Positions 17,201 to 27,275 of a stretch of DNA of 64,000 nucleotides are shown here, piece by piece. This DNA comes from Christensenella sp. UBA5489 (GTDB lineage: Bacteria > Bacillota > Clostridia > Christensenellales > UBA1242). The notes beneath the pieces are model-generated. The model saw only the letters and a list, made by a program, of their open reading frames with translations. It did not search any database and was not told where the DNA came from. Position 1 is the stretch's first letter; the number at the start of each line of letters is the position of its first letter. Made by a program: the position numbers and the translations under genes. The DNA lies in NCBI GenBank assembly GCA_002424095.1, contig DIPL01000014.1:27386-91385 (forward strand). The letters are read 5' to 3'.

Positions 17201-18354
17201 AAAATAAAATAGACAAAAATCTAGTTCAAGTATTATCGGTAATTTCATCTTTTCAGGAAGATTTGGAATGTATTATTTATGTCGGCGACTTCGACATTGC
17301 ATTAAAAAATTTAAGTAAAGACAAAATAAAAATTCAAGCGACATTTCCATTTATAAATGCCTTGTCGCTCCAACTCAACCGAAAAAAACTAAACAAACTA
17401 TTAACATATAATTTTGTGAAATATGTTTCAAGTCAGACGCACGTTTTTGCACTGATGAACGTTGCCAAAAAAATCTTAAAAATTGAAGAAAATGCAACTG
17501 GAAAAGACATTAGTGTCGCTTATATAGATACGGGAGTAAGTCCTCATCTAGACTTTGTTCTCGGCGAAAATAGAATTATAAAATTTATAGATTTAATAAA
17601 TAACAGAGTCTTTGCCTATGACGATAACGGACACGGAACATTTGTTTGCGGAGTTGGTTCAGGCAATGGCTTAATGTCGAACAAAAAATATGCTGGAATT
17701 GCACCAAAATCTAATATTGTAGCCATAAAAGCATTAAATGAACAGGGCGAAGCAAATTCGATTAAAATTCTAGAAGCAATGCAATGGATTTATGATAACA
17801 GCGATAAATACGGTATAAAAGTAGTTTGTATGAGTTTCGGAAGTGAACCTCTCGGTGCTAACGACCCCATTATGAAAGGTGCGGAGGAACTTTGGAAAAA
17901 TGGAATCACAGTTGTGGCAGCGGCAGGTAACAGCGGACCAGAATATGAAACAATAAAAAGCCCGGGAGTCAGTCCAAAAATTATTACAGTAGGTGGATTT
18001 AACGATAATCGAATTAATGATTATACCTATAACGAAAAGTTTTTTGAAATTGCAGAATTTTCTTCACGAGGACCAGCGTTAAAACGTTTTAAGCCTGATG
18101 TTATTGCTCCTTCTGTGAATATTGTTTCTTGTGGAACGAACGAACCTTACACTTCACTCAGCGGAACAAGTGTTGCTGCTCCAATGATTGCAGGAGTTTG
18201 TGCACTTTCTTATGAAAAGAATTATAACATTAAGCCCGATGTTTTAAAAAAATTAATAACTGGTTGTTCAAAAGCAATTACCTATAACAATAATGTTGAA
18301 GGCTTTGGAATTCCTGATGTCGAACAATTACTGAATAACAAAGCCGTTTTTTAA
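17197..18354 (+). CDS. S8 (subtilisin-family) serine peptidase, no signal peptide
   Basis: Catalytic Asp (VAYIDTGV), His (DDNGHGTFVCG), oxyanion Asn (AAAGNSGP) and Ser (LSGTSVAAPMIAG). Confidence 0.88.
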   Translation: MKNKIDKNLVQVLSVISSFQEDLECIIYVGDFDIALKNLSKDKIKIQATFPFINALSLQLNRKKLNKLLTYNFVKYVSSQTHVFALMNVAKKILKIEENATGKDISVAYIDTGVSPHLDFVLGENRIIKFIDLINNRVFAYDDNGHGTFVCGVGSGNGLMSNKKYAGIAPKSNIVAIKALNEQGEANSIKILEAMQWIYDNSDKYGIKVVCMSFGSEPLGANDPIMKGAEELWKNGITVVAAAGNSGPEYETIKSPGVSPKIITVGGFNDNRINDYTYNEKFFEIAEFSSRGPALKRFKPDVIAPSVNIVSCGTNEPYTSLSGTSVAAPMIAGVCALSYEKNYNIKPDVLKKLITGCSKAITYNNNVEGFGIPDVEQLLNNKAVF

Positions 18355-18592
18355 ACTAAATATTTGAAATTTAATATGGCAGGAACTACAAACATTTACG
18401 ATTGTTCTTTTTCTTTATTTTTACCTACTTATAAAACTGAATATAAATAAAATTTAGATTAATAATAAATAAAGATAGAATTCATTATATAATTTAACTT
18501 TGAATAACGACAAAAAATTTTAATTTACTTTACTCATTAAAATATGAATGTTATAATTAAAATTACAAAATTTATCAGAACAAGGAGAAAAA

Positions 18593-20707
18593 ATGAGTAG
18601 AATTGAAAAATTAAGAAAAATAATTTATGCAAATTCAGTTGCTGTAATAGGTGCAAGTCAAAAGAAAGGGAAAGTTGGAAACGAACTTATTTTGCGTTTA
18701 AAAGAATTTGGTTTTAAAGGAAAAATATATCCTATCAATATGAATTATGCCGAAGTTGAAGGAATACCAACATATGCAAGCGTAACAGATATTAAGAAGC
18801 CTATTGATTTTGCATTAATTGCAACTCCGAAAGAAAGTATACTTGACATTATAGAGCAATGTAATACAGCAGGTATAAAAGGTTTAATTATAATTTCAAG
18901 CGGTTTTAAAGAGTTAGACGATGATGGTGCAAAACTTGAATTAGAAATTAAAAAAGCCATTGAAAAATATGATATGACACTTATTGGACCAAATTGTTTA
19001 GGTATAATAAATGCCGATCCAAATATAATGCTTAATGCTTGTTTTGCTCCACTTAATCCAGTTGTTGGTAAAATTGGACTTGCTACACAATCAGGCGCAC
19101 TTGCAAGCGGAATAATAAACATTTTGCCACAAATTCGTATTGGTTTGCGCCAAATGATAAGCCTAGGTAACCAAACAGATATAAATGTTTTAGACATAAT
19201 TGAATTTTGGGAGCAGGATGATAGTATAGAGCAAATTTTACTTTATATTGAAAGCATACCTGATAGCAAAAGATTTAAAGAAATATGCGAACGAGTTAAT
19301 AAGAAAAAACCAATAATTGTTGTGAAATCAGGGCGAAGTGTGATAGGAACAAAAGCAACGGCAAGCCACACAGGCTCGCTTGCGGGCGACGATAATTTAG
19401 CAAATGCTTTATTTGAAAGTGCAGGTGTAATCCGTGAATTAAATTTAAGAGATATGTTCGGAACAGCACAAGTTTTTAATAATTGCAATATTCCTAAAAA
19501 CCAAAAACTTGCAATTTTAACAAATGCGGGCGGTCCAGGTGTTTTAGCTACCGACACGGCAAGCGACTACAATATTGAATTAGCAGAACTTTCGCAAGAG
19601 ACCAAAGAAAAATTGAAAAAGATTTTGCCACCTCAGGCAGGTGTTAATAATCCACTAGATGTAATTGCAAGTGCCACTCGTGAGCAATATACACAATCAG
19701 CGGAAATTTTGTTTGCATCTAAGGAAGTTGGAGTTTTACTTGTTATTTATCTATATATAACAGAACAAAACGATGTTGGAATAATCCAGGACCTTGAAAA
19801 ATTAAAATTAAAATATCCGGACAAGCAAGTCATTGCTGTTTTTATGACTACAACAGATTTTTCTGAGCGGTTAAAAAAAGTTGTTCCAAACTGTACAATA
19901 CCAATTTTTAAATATGGAATAGATGCTATTCACGGATTAAATAGATTGCTCGAAAGAAGGAAATTATTACAACAAAAACAGCCAGAGAAACCAATTTTTA
20001 AAGTAGATAAAACAGCAGTCAAATCAATTATTAAAGAATATCAACAAAAAGGAATGAAACAACTTTCGACATTTGCAAGTTTAAAAGTCTTTGACGCTTA
20101 TAATATCCCGCTTGCACCATTTGGTAGTGCAAAGACAATTGAAGATGCTAAAAAAATTGCCGAAAAAATTGGTTATCCGATTGTTCTTAAAATTTCAGAT
20201 TATAAAATCTCTCATAAATCTGATGTTGGCGGCGTTGTTACAAACATAAAGAACAAAGCCGAACTAGAAATTGAATGGAAAGCATTATTCGATCGTATAA
20301 AAAGTTTTGATGCAAAAGGTAATCTTGAATGTGTAATTGTGATGAAACAAATAAGTGGCTCTCAAAGAGAATTCGTTGCCGGTATTGCAAAAAAACAGAG
20401 TAGCCATATCGCAATGTTTGGTTTAGGAGGTGTTTTTGTTGAGATTTTTAAAGAAATTGCATTTAGGGCATGTCCTTTATCTGTAAACGATGCAATGGTG
20501 TTGATTTCAAGCACAAAAGCATCTAAATTGTTAGGGGAAGTGAGAGGGAATAAGGCGGCGGATATTGAAGAACTAAAAAATTTATTACTGAAATTAAGTA
20601 AACTTGTTGAAGAAAATAATGAAATAAAAGAAATTGATATAAATCCGATTATGGTTGCCAAAGATGGTAGTGTTTTTGCAGTTGACGCAAGAATTTTGTT
20701 AGATTAG
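18593..20707 (+). CDS. Acetate--CoA ligase (ADP-forming), fused alpha/beta type
   Basis: N-terminal CoA-binding domain (VAVIGASQKKGKVGN), a succinyl-CoA-synthetase-like domain with the phospho-His context (ASHTGSLAGDD) and a C-terminal ATP-grasp domain (GYPIVLKI...KSDVGGV). AGGAGA SD. Confidence 0.82.
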   Translation: MSRIEKLRKIIYANSVAVIGASQKKGKVGNELILRLKEFGFKGKIYPINMNYAEVEGIPTYASVTDIKKPIDFALIATPKESILDIIEQCNTAGIKGLIIISSGFKELDDDGAKLELEIKKAIEKYDMTLIGPNCLGIINADPNIMLNACFAPLNPVVGKIGLATQSGALASGIINILPQIRIGLRQMISLGNQTDINVLDIIEFWEQDDSIEQILLYIESIPDSKRFKEICERVNKKKPIIVVKSGRSVIGTKATASHTGSLAGDDNLANALFESAGVIRELNLRDMFGTAQVFNNCNIPKNQKLAILTNAGGPGVLATDTASDYNIELAELSQETKEKLKKILPPQAGVNNPLDVIASATREQYTQSAEILFASKEVGVLLVIYLYITEQNDVGIIQDLEKLKLKYPDKQVIAVFMTTTDFSERLKKVVPNCTIPIFKYGIDAIHGLNRLLERRKLLQQKQPEKPIFKVDKTAVKSIIKEYQQKGMKQLSTFASLKVFDAYNIPLAPFGSAKTIEDAKKIAEKIGYPIVLKISDYKISHKSDVGGVVTNIKNKAELEIEWKALFDRIKSFDAKGNLECVIVMKQISGSQREFVAGIAKKQSSHIAMFGLGGVFVEIFKEIAFRACPLSVNDAMVLISSTKASKLLGEVRGNKAADIEELKNLLLKLSKLVEENNEIKEIDINPIMVAKDGSVFAVDARILLD

Positions 20708-20814
20708 GTTTTTTAATTCGATTAATTAAAAACACTTTTAAAAGTTGCTTTTTTGTATTAAAAAAGGTGTGGCGAATTCTTATTAAATTTTCCGCCACCC
20801 ATTAAATTTTATTT

Positions 20815-21861
20815 CTAACTTTTTTTAGAATATTTCAAAACATAATCCAAAATAATTCTGTTCGTATTCATTGGTTTATAATTAGACATAATATTTTGTA
20901 TTTTTTCTCTATTTTCCAAAGAATGTTTAATAATTCTTTTCAAAGATTGAATATTTAAATCTTGTTCTAAAATAACTTTCGCATATCCATTATTCTGAAA
21001 AACTTTCGCATTATCAACTTGTTCTCCCCGTGATTGTTTTGCAAGTGGAATCAAAATCATAAGTTTTTTCAATGCAAGTAATTCAAAAATTGAATTTGAA
21101 CCAGCACGACAAATAACAATGTCAGCCAAATCAAAAAAATCATAAATATTATTTATAAATTCGGTTTGGAAATAATTATTTTTTTGAATATTTGTTAAAT
21201 TGCCCTTTCCGACTATATGTATTATATTAAATTCATTTAAATTATTTAAATTTTTCCAAAAAAAATCATTAATTCTCCTTGAACCGCTGCTTCCGCCAAA
21301 AATCAAAATAACGGGCAGTCTGCGTGAAAAATTGCAAGTTTTCCGAGCAATATCTTTTTTCCCATCAAAAATAATATCTCTTATGGGATTTCCAGCAAAA
21401 ACACATTTATCATTTATGCAAGTTTCACGAAAACTTGTGAACATAATATTACATTTTTTTAAAATAATTGTGTTTGCCAAACCAAAACTATAATCTGATT
21501 CGTGTGCCAAAATCGGAATTCTTAACCGTCTTGCGGCAAAGACAACAGGTAAAGAAATATATCCACCTTTTGCAAAAAGCACATCAGGTTTAATTTCTTT
21601 CAAAACCTTTTTTGCATTTGAAATATATTTCATCAGTTTAAAAGGAATCAATAGATTTTTTAGCGTAAATTTTCTGACAAACTTAACAGATTTAACACCA
21701 ACAAACTTTACATTTTTGAAATTCTTTATCAACTCAAATTCCATACCGTCTTCATCGCCAAGATAATAAATTTCAAAATGCTGACTGAAATAGGGAATAA
21801 GTGCAATATTAGGCATAATATGACCAGCAGTTCCTCCACCAGTTAATATAATTTTTTTCAT
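20815..21861 (-). CDS. murG: Undecaprenyldiphospho-muramoylpentapeptide beta-N-acetylglucosaminyltransferase
   Basis: N-terminus MKKIILTGGGTAGHIMPNIAL and a C-terminal GT28 domain (ICRAGSNSIFELLA...P...SRGEQVDNA). Start placed at the second ATG (21861), preceded by AAGGA. Confidence 0.88.
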   Translation of the reverse strand: MKKIILTGGGTAGHIMPNIALIPYFSQHFEIYYLGDEDGMEFELIKNFKNVKFVGVKSVKFVRKFTLKNLLIPFKLMKYISNAKKVLKEIKPDVLFAKGGYISLPVVFAARRLRIPILAHESDYSFGLANTIILKKCNIMFTSFRETCINDKCVFAGNPIRDIIFDGKKDIARKTCNFSRRLPVILIFGGSSGSRRINDFFWKNLNNLNEFNIIHIVGKGNLTNIQKNNYFQTEFINNIYDFFDLADIVICRAGSNSIFELLALKKLMILIPLAKQSRGEQVDNAKVFQNNGYAKVILEQDLNIQSLKRIIKHSLENREKIQNIMSNYKPMNTNRIILDYVLKYSKKS

Positions 21862-22225
21862 AATAATCCTTGATTTTATTTTATGCAACCCTTTCAAATT
21901 TATGATTTTATATTAATGTTTTTAAGTGAGAACTTATCCGCAAAATTAATTATTAAATTTGTTTGATGAACTCTTCTGAACTGTGCTCTTTGCATTTTGG
22001 GGATATTTTAAGTTGAAAAAGTTGGAGATATATCAAAAAGAAGTTGGTAGTATATAAAAAAGAAAATACACAAAAAAATAAAACGGAAATTTATACTATA
22101 ATTTTTGAACAACTTTTTGCGATAAAAATTAATTTTTTCGAACGAAGGTTTGAAGTTTTAAAATAAAATTTTAAATAAAAAAAACGGCGAAAGCCTTATT
22201 AATAAAGAGTTTCCACCGTTTTTCA

Positions 22226-22312
22226 TGGTGCGGATGGTGGGACTTGAACCCACACGAAGTTGCCTTCCCAGGATTTTAAGTCCTGTGCGTCTGCCGATTC
22301 CGCCACAACCGC
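22226..22312 (-). tRNA. tRNA-Leu (anticodon UAA), CCA encoded
   Basis: The reverse complement folds as a cloverleaf: acceptor GCGGTTG/CATCCGC (one U-U mismatch), anticodon arm CAGGA-CTTAAAA-TCCTG, long variable arm, T arm GTGGG-TTCAAGT-CCCAC, then A-CCA. Confidence 0.85.
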
Positions 22313-22435
22313 ATATTTTTATTATTTAATTTTAGATACTACAAACTGCATTTTTATTAAATTTTATAAAATATTTTTCGCCCATACTCAAAACATTTTA
22401 AATTTTAATTAAATTAATTAAGATTTCTAGAAAAT

Positions 22436-22510
<75 letters not shown>

Positions 22511-22781
22511 GTGCAAGATTTGCATATAATATTTTATTTAGAAATTAATTTTTTGGTTAATGTTAATATTGATTTTTAAACAGCGGAAATTTATAAAATT
22601 AAACAATTTCGTTTTACTACGTTTCTGTCGCTCACATTTCAAATTTAACAAAATAATAATACCATATTTTTTAGTTATCGTCAATCCATTTATAAAAATT
22701 TTTAAATTTATTTTTTTATGATATATATAATATATATATTATTATATTTTATATTTTCACCCAAAAACATTATAAATAAAA

Positions 22782-22802
22782 AGCCCCGATTTCTCAGGGC
22801 TT
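22782..22802 (-). terminator. Intrinsic terminator downstream of tRNA-Gly
   Basis: On the - strand: AAGCCCTGAGAAATCGGGGCTT hairpin followed by TTTATTT. Confidence 0.5.
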
Positions 22803-22812
22803 TAAGAGTAAA

Positions 22813-22887
22813 TGGAGCGGAAGACGAGATTCGAACTCGCGACCCTTGCCTTGGCAAGGCAATGCTCTACCACTGAGCCACTTCCGC
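22813..22887 (-). tRNA. tRNA-Gly (anticodon GCC), CCA encoded
   Basis: Reverse complement GCGGAAGTGGCTCAGTGGTAGAGCATTGCCTTGCCAAGGCAAGGGTCGCGAGTTCGAATCTCGTCTTCCGCTCCA. Canonical D and T loops. Confidence 0.92.
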
Positions 22888-22909
22888 ATACTAATGCAAA
22901 CTTGAAAAC

Positions 22910-22938
22910 ATTATATCATTTTATAAATATAAAATCAA
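22910..22938 (-). promoter_or_regulatory. Sigma-A-type promoter for tRNA-Gly
   Basis: On the - strand: TTGATT, 17-nt spacer, TATAAT. The -10 ends 22 nt before the mature tRNA 5' end. Confidence 0.5.
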
Positions 22939-23107
22939 GTATATTTTATAATTTTTTTCACAAAAATGTGAATGAATTTAAAAAATGTATTTTGTAATTT
23001 CAAAAAATAATATCTGGATATTTTGTAGATTTCTTTATTAAGTGAGAATTTGTTTTAGTTGGTCAGATAACTTCTTACTTGGAAATCAAATTAAATTAAA
23101 TTTAAGG

Positions 23108-23854
23108 TTATCTTACAAGTTCTTCAAATAACACAGTTTGACCAGTTTGTTGGTACGAAGTTTTTTTATGCCCGTCACATAATTCGGCTTTGGTTATGAC
23201 ATGTTTTCCATCTTCAAAAATATATTCAAATGGAGCATAAAATTTATTTGCAATATTTTTACGGACAATATCTGGTGCAAGGGTATTCCAAAGAACAGTG
23301 CGAGTATTTTTTGTAGTATTGTTTATGATTTCTACATCATAAAAACCAATAGGTTTCTCTTTTATAAATGAACTTATAATAGGTAGAATTTCATTTAATA
23401 AGATTTTACTGCGAAGCGGAAAAGATAATCTTAATGAAAAAAGATTGTCAATTATCAATTCAAAGTTTTCGCCTTTATAATTCCCCACTACATATGTGTT
23501 TACTGCTAAAATGTTAAGTTTTGAATCAAAATAATTATACAGTGGTATATCTAAACTTTCATCTAAGTTGAAATTTATAGGGGAGCTATCATATAAATTT
23601 GTATTATTATAATTATAAGTATATAAAACTTCAGAATCAATTTCAAACATTTTAATATAGGTTTGAAAATTTGCATTTTCCCAGTAATGATACATAGGGT
23701 CTCCAATCTTTCCTAGGGTATTTTTAGTACGCACTAAATCGTCATCATCTAAATCTTCTCTTATTTGCGTGTATAAACAAAGTTTTATTAATTGTTTTTT
23801 AAATTGAGCTTGACTTTGTACCCTTCCAAAATTAACTATCCTATGCATATTCAT
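23108..23854 (-). CDS. Hypothetical protein (orphan, no recognisable domain)
   Basis: 248-aa ORF with no competing frame. AAGGA lies upstream, so the start may be the ATG at 23854 or 23848. No signal peptide or TM segment. Confidence 0.5.
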   Translation of the reverse strand: MNMHRIVNFGRVQSQAQFKKQLIKLCLYTQIREDLDDDDLVRTKNTLGKIGDPMYHYWENANFQTYIKMFEIDSEVLYTYNYNNTNLYDSSPINFNLDESLDIPLYNYFDSKLNILAVNTYVVGNYKGENFELIIDNLFSLRLSFPLRSKILLNEILPIISSFIKEKPIGFYDVEIINNTTKNTRTVLWNTLAPDIVRKNIANKFYAPFEYIFEDGKHVITKAELCDGHKKTSYQQTGQTVLFEELVR

Positions 23855-24267
23855 TAATCCTTTTTATAAAAGACATTACCATCTTTTTAAGATAAAGTCA
23901 ATATACTATATACATACTGTTTAAAAAACAAAACACCTTCCGACTGAATTAATATGCTAGTGTTTTTATCAATTTATTATTTTTTATTATATTAATTAAC
24001 ATTTTTTCGAACGTCATTTGCAATTAACGTCATCTGCAATTATTTTTAATTTCTAGTAATAAAAAGTTAAAAATGGTTGATTTTTTGCTTTCAATTGTAT
24101 AAACTTATAAAGTTATTTATGGAGCGATTAATATAATTTATATTAATTCATATAAAATGAATGATATATAAAACGTATTAATTAATATAAATAAAATATA
24201 ATACTTATAATAAAAAATTTAGAAAATAAATTTATAAAATAGAAAAAATTAAAAGAGGTATTTACAG

Positions 24268-26556
24268 GTGAATAGTAATAAATCAAGTAGTACGAAATTT
24301 TTATATTGGATTTTAATTGCGTTGCTGATTATTTTCGTTGTTTTTTCGTTCTCAGGCACAGCAACACACGGAAAAAAGGTTTTTTACAACGAAGCAATTG
24401 AACATTTTGAAAAAAATGAAATTGAAATGTGGTATGTAATTGGCAGTAATAAGGTAATTTTCAAACTTACTGATGCAGCGGACTCACAAATTGAAATAGA
24501 TGAGTTTCCTGCCAAAGCGGATTTTTTTATTACATTTAATTCGCACGAATATGACAACTTACTTGAAACATATGGAACCCTTTATTATGGTTCAGAACCT
24601 CCCGCAGGCTCATGGCTAGACTATATATATCCTGTGTTGATGATTGGACTCGGCATTGCACTTGTATATTTTATGTTTAAAATGTTTAGTGGTAAGGGCA
24701 GTGGAGCACTTTCTTTCGGAAGAAGTCGTGCAAAACCTATTACGAACATCAAGGTTAAATTTTCCGATATTGCAGGAGCAGATGAAGAAAAAGCTGAACT
24801 TGAAGAAATTGTTGATTTTTTAAAAACGCCATCAAAATTCACAGAACTCGGAGCACGTATTCCAAAAGGAGTGCTTTTAGTAGGTCCTCCGGGAACAGGA
24901 AAAACTTTGCTTGCAAGGGCAGTTGCCGGTGAAAGTGAAGTACCGTTTCTTTCAATAAGTGGTTCAGATTTTGTTGAAATGTTTGTTGGTGTTGGTGCAT
25001 CACGTGTACGCGATCTTTTTGAGCAAGCAAAAAAGAGCAGTCCGTGTATAATTTTTATTGACGAAATAGATGCCGTTGGACGACAACGTGGTGCAGGATT
25101 AGGTGGCAGTAATGATGAGCGAGAACAAACACTTAATCAACTCCTTGTGGAACTTGATGGCTTTGAATCTAATCAAGGCATAATTGTTCTTGCCGCAACT
25201 AATAGAGTCGACATTCTCGACCCTGCACTTTTGCGACCAGGTAGATTTGACCGCCAAATATTTGTTCATCGCCCTGATGTGAAAGGTAGAGAAGGAATTT
25301 TGCGAATTCACGCAAAAAATAAACCATTGGATGATGAAGTAAACTTTACGACACTTGCACGACTAACAAGTGGCTTCACAGGTGCAGATATTGAAAATAT
25401 GCTTAATGAAGCGGCAATTTTAGCAGCAAGAGCAAATCGACCACGAATTTTAATGCAAGATATTACAGAAGGTATTAATAAAGTAATAATGGGACCTCAA
25501 AAACGAAGCAAACACGTAAGTGCAAAAGATAAGCAAAACACTGCTTATCACGAATCAGGGCATGCAATTCTTTTCAATAAATTAAAATATGTTGAAGATG
25601 CTCAGGAAGTATCCATAATTGCACGTGGAATGGCAGCAGGCTATACTTTACGCCTACCTGAAAATGATGACGATTTCTTAACTTATAATAAGTTAAATGA
25701 CCTTATTGCAAGTTTAATGGGCGGCCGCATTGCCGAAGAATTAATATTCAAAGATGTATCTGTCGGTGCGTCACACGACATCCAACAAGCAACTAAAATT
25801 GCTCGAAAAATGGTTATGGAATATGGAATGAGCAATAAATTCGGTTTTATGGGCTTTGATTCTGATGCTGAAGTTTTTATTGGTAGGGATTATCATTCAC
25901 GTATGCAACATTCCGATAAAACCGCCAGCGAAATTGATATAGAAATCAAACGGATTTTAGATTTCAACTTTGAAAGAGCAAAGAAAATATTAAGTGATAA
26001 TATAGAATTGCTTCACAATATGTCAAAACTTTTGCTTGAAAAAGAAACAATTTATAAGCAAGAAGTTGATATGTTGGTTGAAGGTAAAAGCGTGGAAGAA
26101 ATCATAGAACATATGGATAAACAGGAAAAAGCACGTAAAACAAAGGCGGAAAAAGGCAGAAAGGAAAAAGAAGAACAAAACAAATTGCGTGAACTTGAAA
26201 TGAAAGTCAGAACAAGTGAAGTTTTCTTAAAGCACGGCATTATATCAGAACAGGAACATAAAAACATTGTAAAATTAAGAGATGATTATTTGAAAGTGAT
26301 AGAATTAAAAAAGGCAGAAGAGACAAAAGCGACAGAAATATTACCTTCGGAAAAAAAGCAGTCAAAAACAGAAAAGCCAAAAACAGCAGAAACAAAATCA
26401 ACAGAAAAGAAAAGCAAGGCAGAAAATAAAAAAATTAGCAAAAGTTCAAAAGTTGATGAAGATAAAAAGAAAAAAACGAATTCGAAGAGCAAGTCAACGA
26501 CAAAAACCAAAACAAAATCACCGTCAAAACCAAAAGATAGCGATAAAAAAGATTAA
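24268..26556 (+). CDS. ftsH: ATP-dependent zinc metalloprotease FtsH with a ~147-aa Lys-rich C-terminal tail
   Basis: Two TM segments, AAA Walker A ([17 protein letters not shown]), Walker B (IIFIDEIDA), SRH ([19 protein letters not shown]) and zinc motif HESGHAI. GTG start after AGAGG. Confidence 0.93.
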   Translation: MNSNKSSSTKFLYWILIALLIIFVVFSFSGTATHGKKVFYNEAIEHFEKNEIEMWYVIGSNKVIFKLTDAADSQIEIDEFPAKADFFITFNSHEYDNLLETYGTLYYGSEPPAGSWLDYIYPVLMIGLGIALVYFMFKMFSGKGSGALSFGRSRAKPITNIKVKFSDIAGADEEKAELEEIVDFLKTPSKFTELGARIPKGVLLVGPPGTGKTLLARAVAGESEVPFLSISGSDFVEMFVGVGASRVRDLFEQAKKSSPCIIFIDEIDAVGRQRGAGLGGSNDEREQTLNQLLVELDGFESNQGIIVLAATNRVDILDPALLRPGRFDRQIFVHRPDVKGREGILRIHAKNKPLDDEVNFTTLARLTSGFTGADIENMLNEAAILAARANRPRILMQDITEGINKVIMGPQKRSKHVSAKDKQNTAYHESGHAILFNKLKYVEDAQEVSIIARGMAAGYTLRLPENDDDFLTYNKLNDLIASLMGGRIAEELIFKDVSVGASHDIQQATKIARKMVMEYGMSNKFGFMGFDSDAEVFIGRDYHSRMQHSDKTASEIDIEIKRILDFNFERAKKILSDNIELLHNMSKLLLEKETIYKQEVDMLVEGKSVEEIIEHMDKQEKARKTKAEKGRKEKEEQNKLRELEMKVRTSEVFLKHGIISEQEHKNIVKLRDDYLKVIELKKAEETKATEILPSEKKQSKTEKPKTAETKSTEKKSKAENKKISKSSKVDEDKKKKTNSKSKSTTKTKTKSPSKPKDSDKKD

Positions 26557-26588
26557 TCACTAAATGATAAGGAGAAAATAATATAATA

Positions 26589-27113
26589 ATGAAAAAGAAA
26601 ATTGGAATTTTTATAGGGCTTGCTCTTGTTGCACTGCTCGTAATAACGGTTGTAGTTATGGCAATAGTTCAAGTCAACTATAAACCTGAAATTGCTGTGC
26701 CGAATAGCATAACCATTTTAAACAACGAAGGCAAATCGGTATACTCATCCCCCGACCATTCAGACGAAGTTTATGATGAAACTTTAAAACATTTTGAACA
26801 AAGTTTTAGTAGAAGTTTTCTTTCAGCATTTTTTGCTGGACAGGTAAATAACTCTTTAAATATAGTGGAAACAACAGAATTACAGTCATTTACAGATTAT
26901 AAAATAACATTGAAATACGAAGAAAATCAAGTTTTGAAAGAGAAAGAAGAAAAATATAATAATATCATAATTGGAGTAACGAATTCTGCGGAATATCAAG
27001 AAATCAGCATATATTTCCAGCAAGCCGCAAGCACGAATTATTATTATGTCCTTAAAACCTTTGTAAAACAAAATGTCTTTTTTGATTATTTAGAAACATT
27101 GACATATCTATAA
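26589..27113 (+). CDS. Hypothetical membrane-anchored protein
   Basis: Single N-terminal TM segment (IGIFIGLALVALLVITVVVMAIV) with no recognisable domain. Followed by a terminator. Confidence 0.5.
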   Translation: MKKKIGIFIGLALVALLVITVVVMAIVQVNYKPEIAVPNSITILNNEGKSVYSSPDHSDEVYDETLKHFEQSFSRSFLSAFFAGQVNNSLNIVETTELQSFTDYKITLKYEENQVLKEKEEKYNNIIIGVTNSAEYQEISIYFQQAASTNYYYVLKTFVKQNVFFDYLETLTYL

Positions 27114-27136
27114 AAAAAGTTAAATATTAAATTTTT

Positions 27137-27168
27137 TCCGATGAAAAATAATTTCGTCGGATTTTTTA
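27137..27168 (+). terminator. Intrinsic terminator
   Basis: 10-bp stem tccgatgaaa / tttcgtcgga (one G-U pair), 5-nt loop, then TTTTTTATT. Confidence 0.7.
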
Positions 27169-27275
27169 TTTATTTCTAGAAGTTTTTCTTTTTAAATTTT
27201 TTGCTACGTAACCATTGCCTTAGATTGTAAACATTCAAAATGAAATTTCATATTATGCAATGGAGGCAATTATTT

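Noticed and set aside
22719-22757. TA-rich microsatellite-like tract (atgatatatataatatatatattattatattttatatttt) between tRNA-Cys and tRNA-Gly.
   Set aside because: This is a low-complexity AT tract with no regular unit beyond short (TA)n runs, and is most simply curved or promoter-proximal filler.
27231-27257. Sigma-K-like element (AC-N16-CATATTATG) just upstream of dpaA, which is attractive because spoVF is sigma-K-dependent in B. subtilis.
   Set aside because: The last position deviates (TG rather than TA). The implied transcription start would fall inside the GGAGG SD (27262..27266) of the most plausible TTG start at 27276. The pattern is also common by chance in AT-rich DNA.
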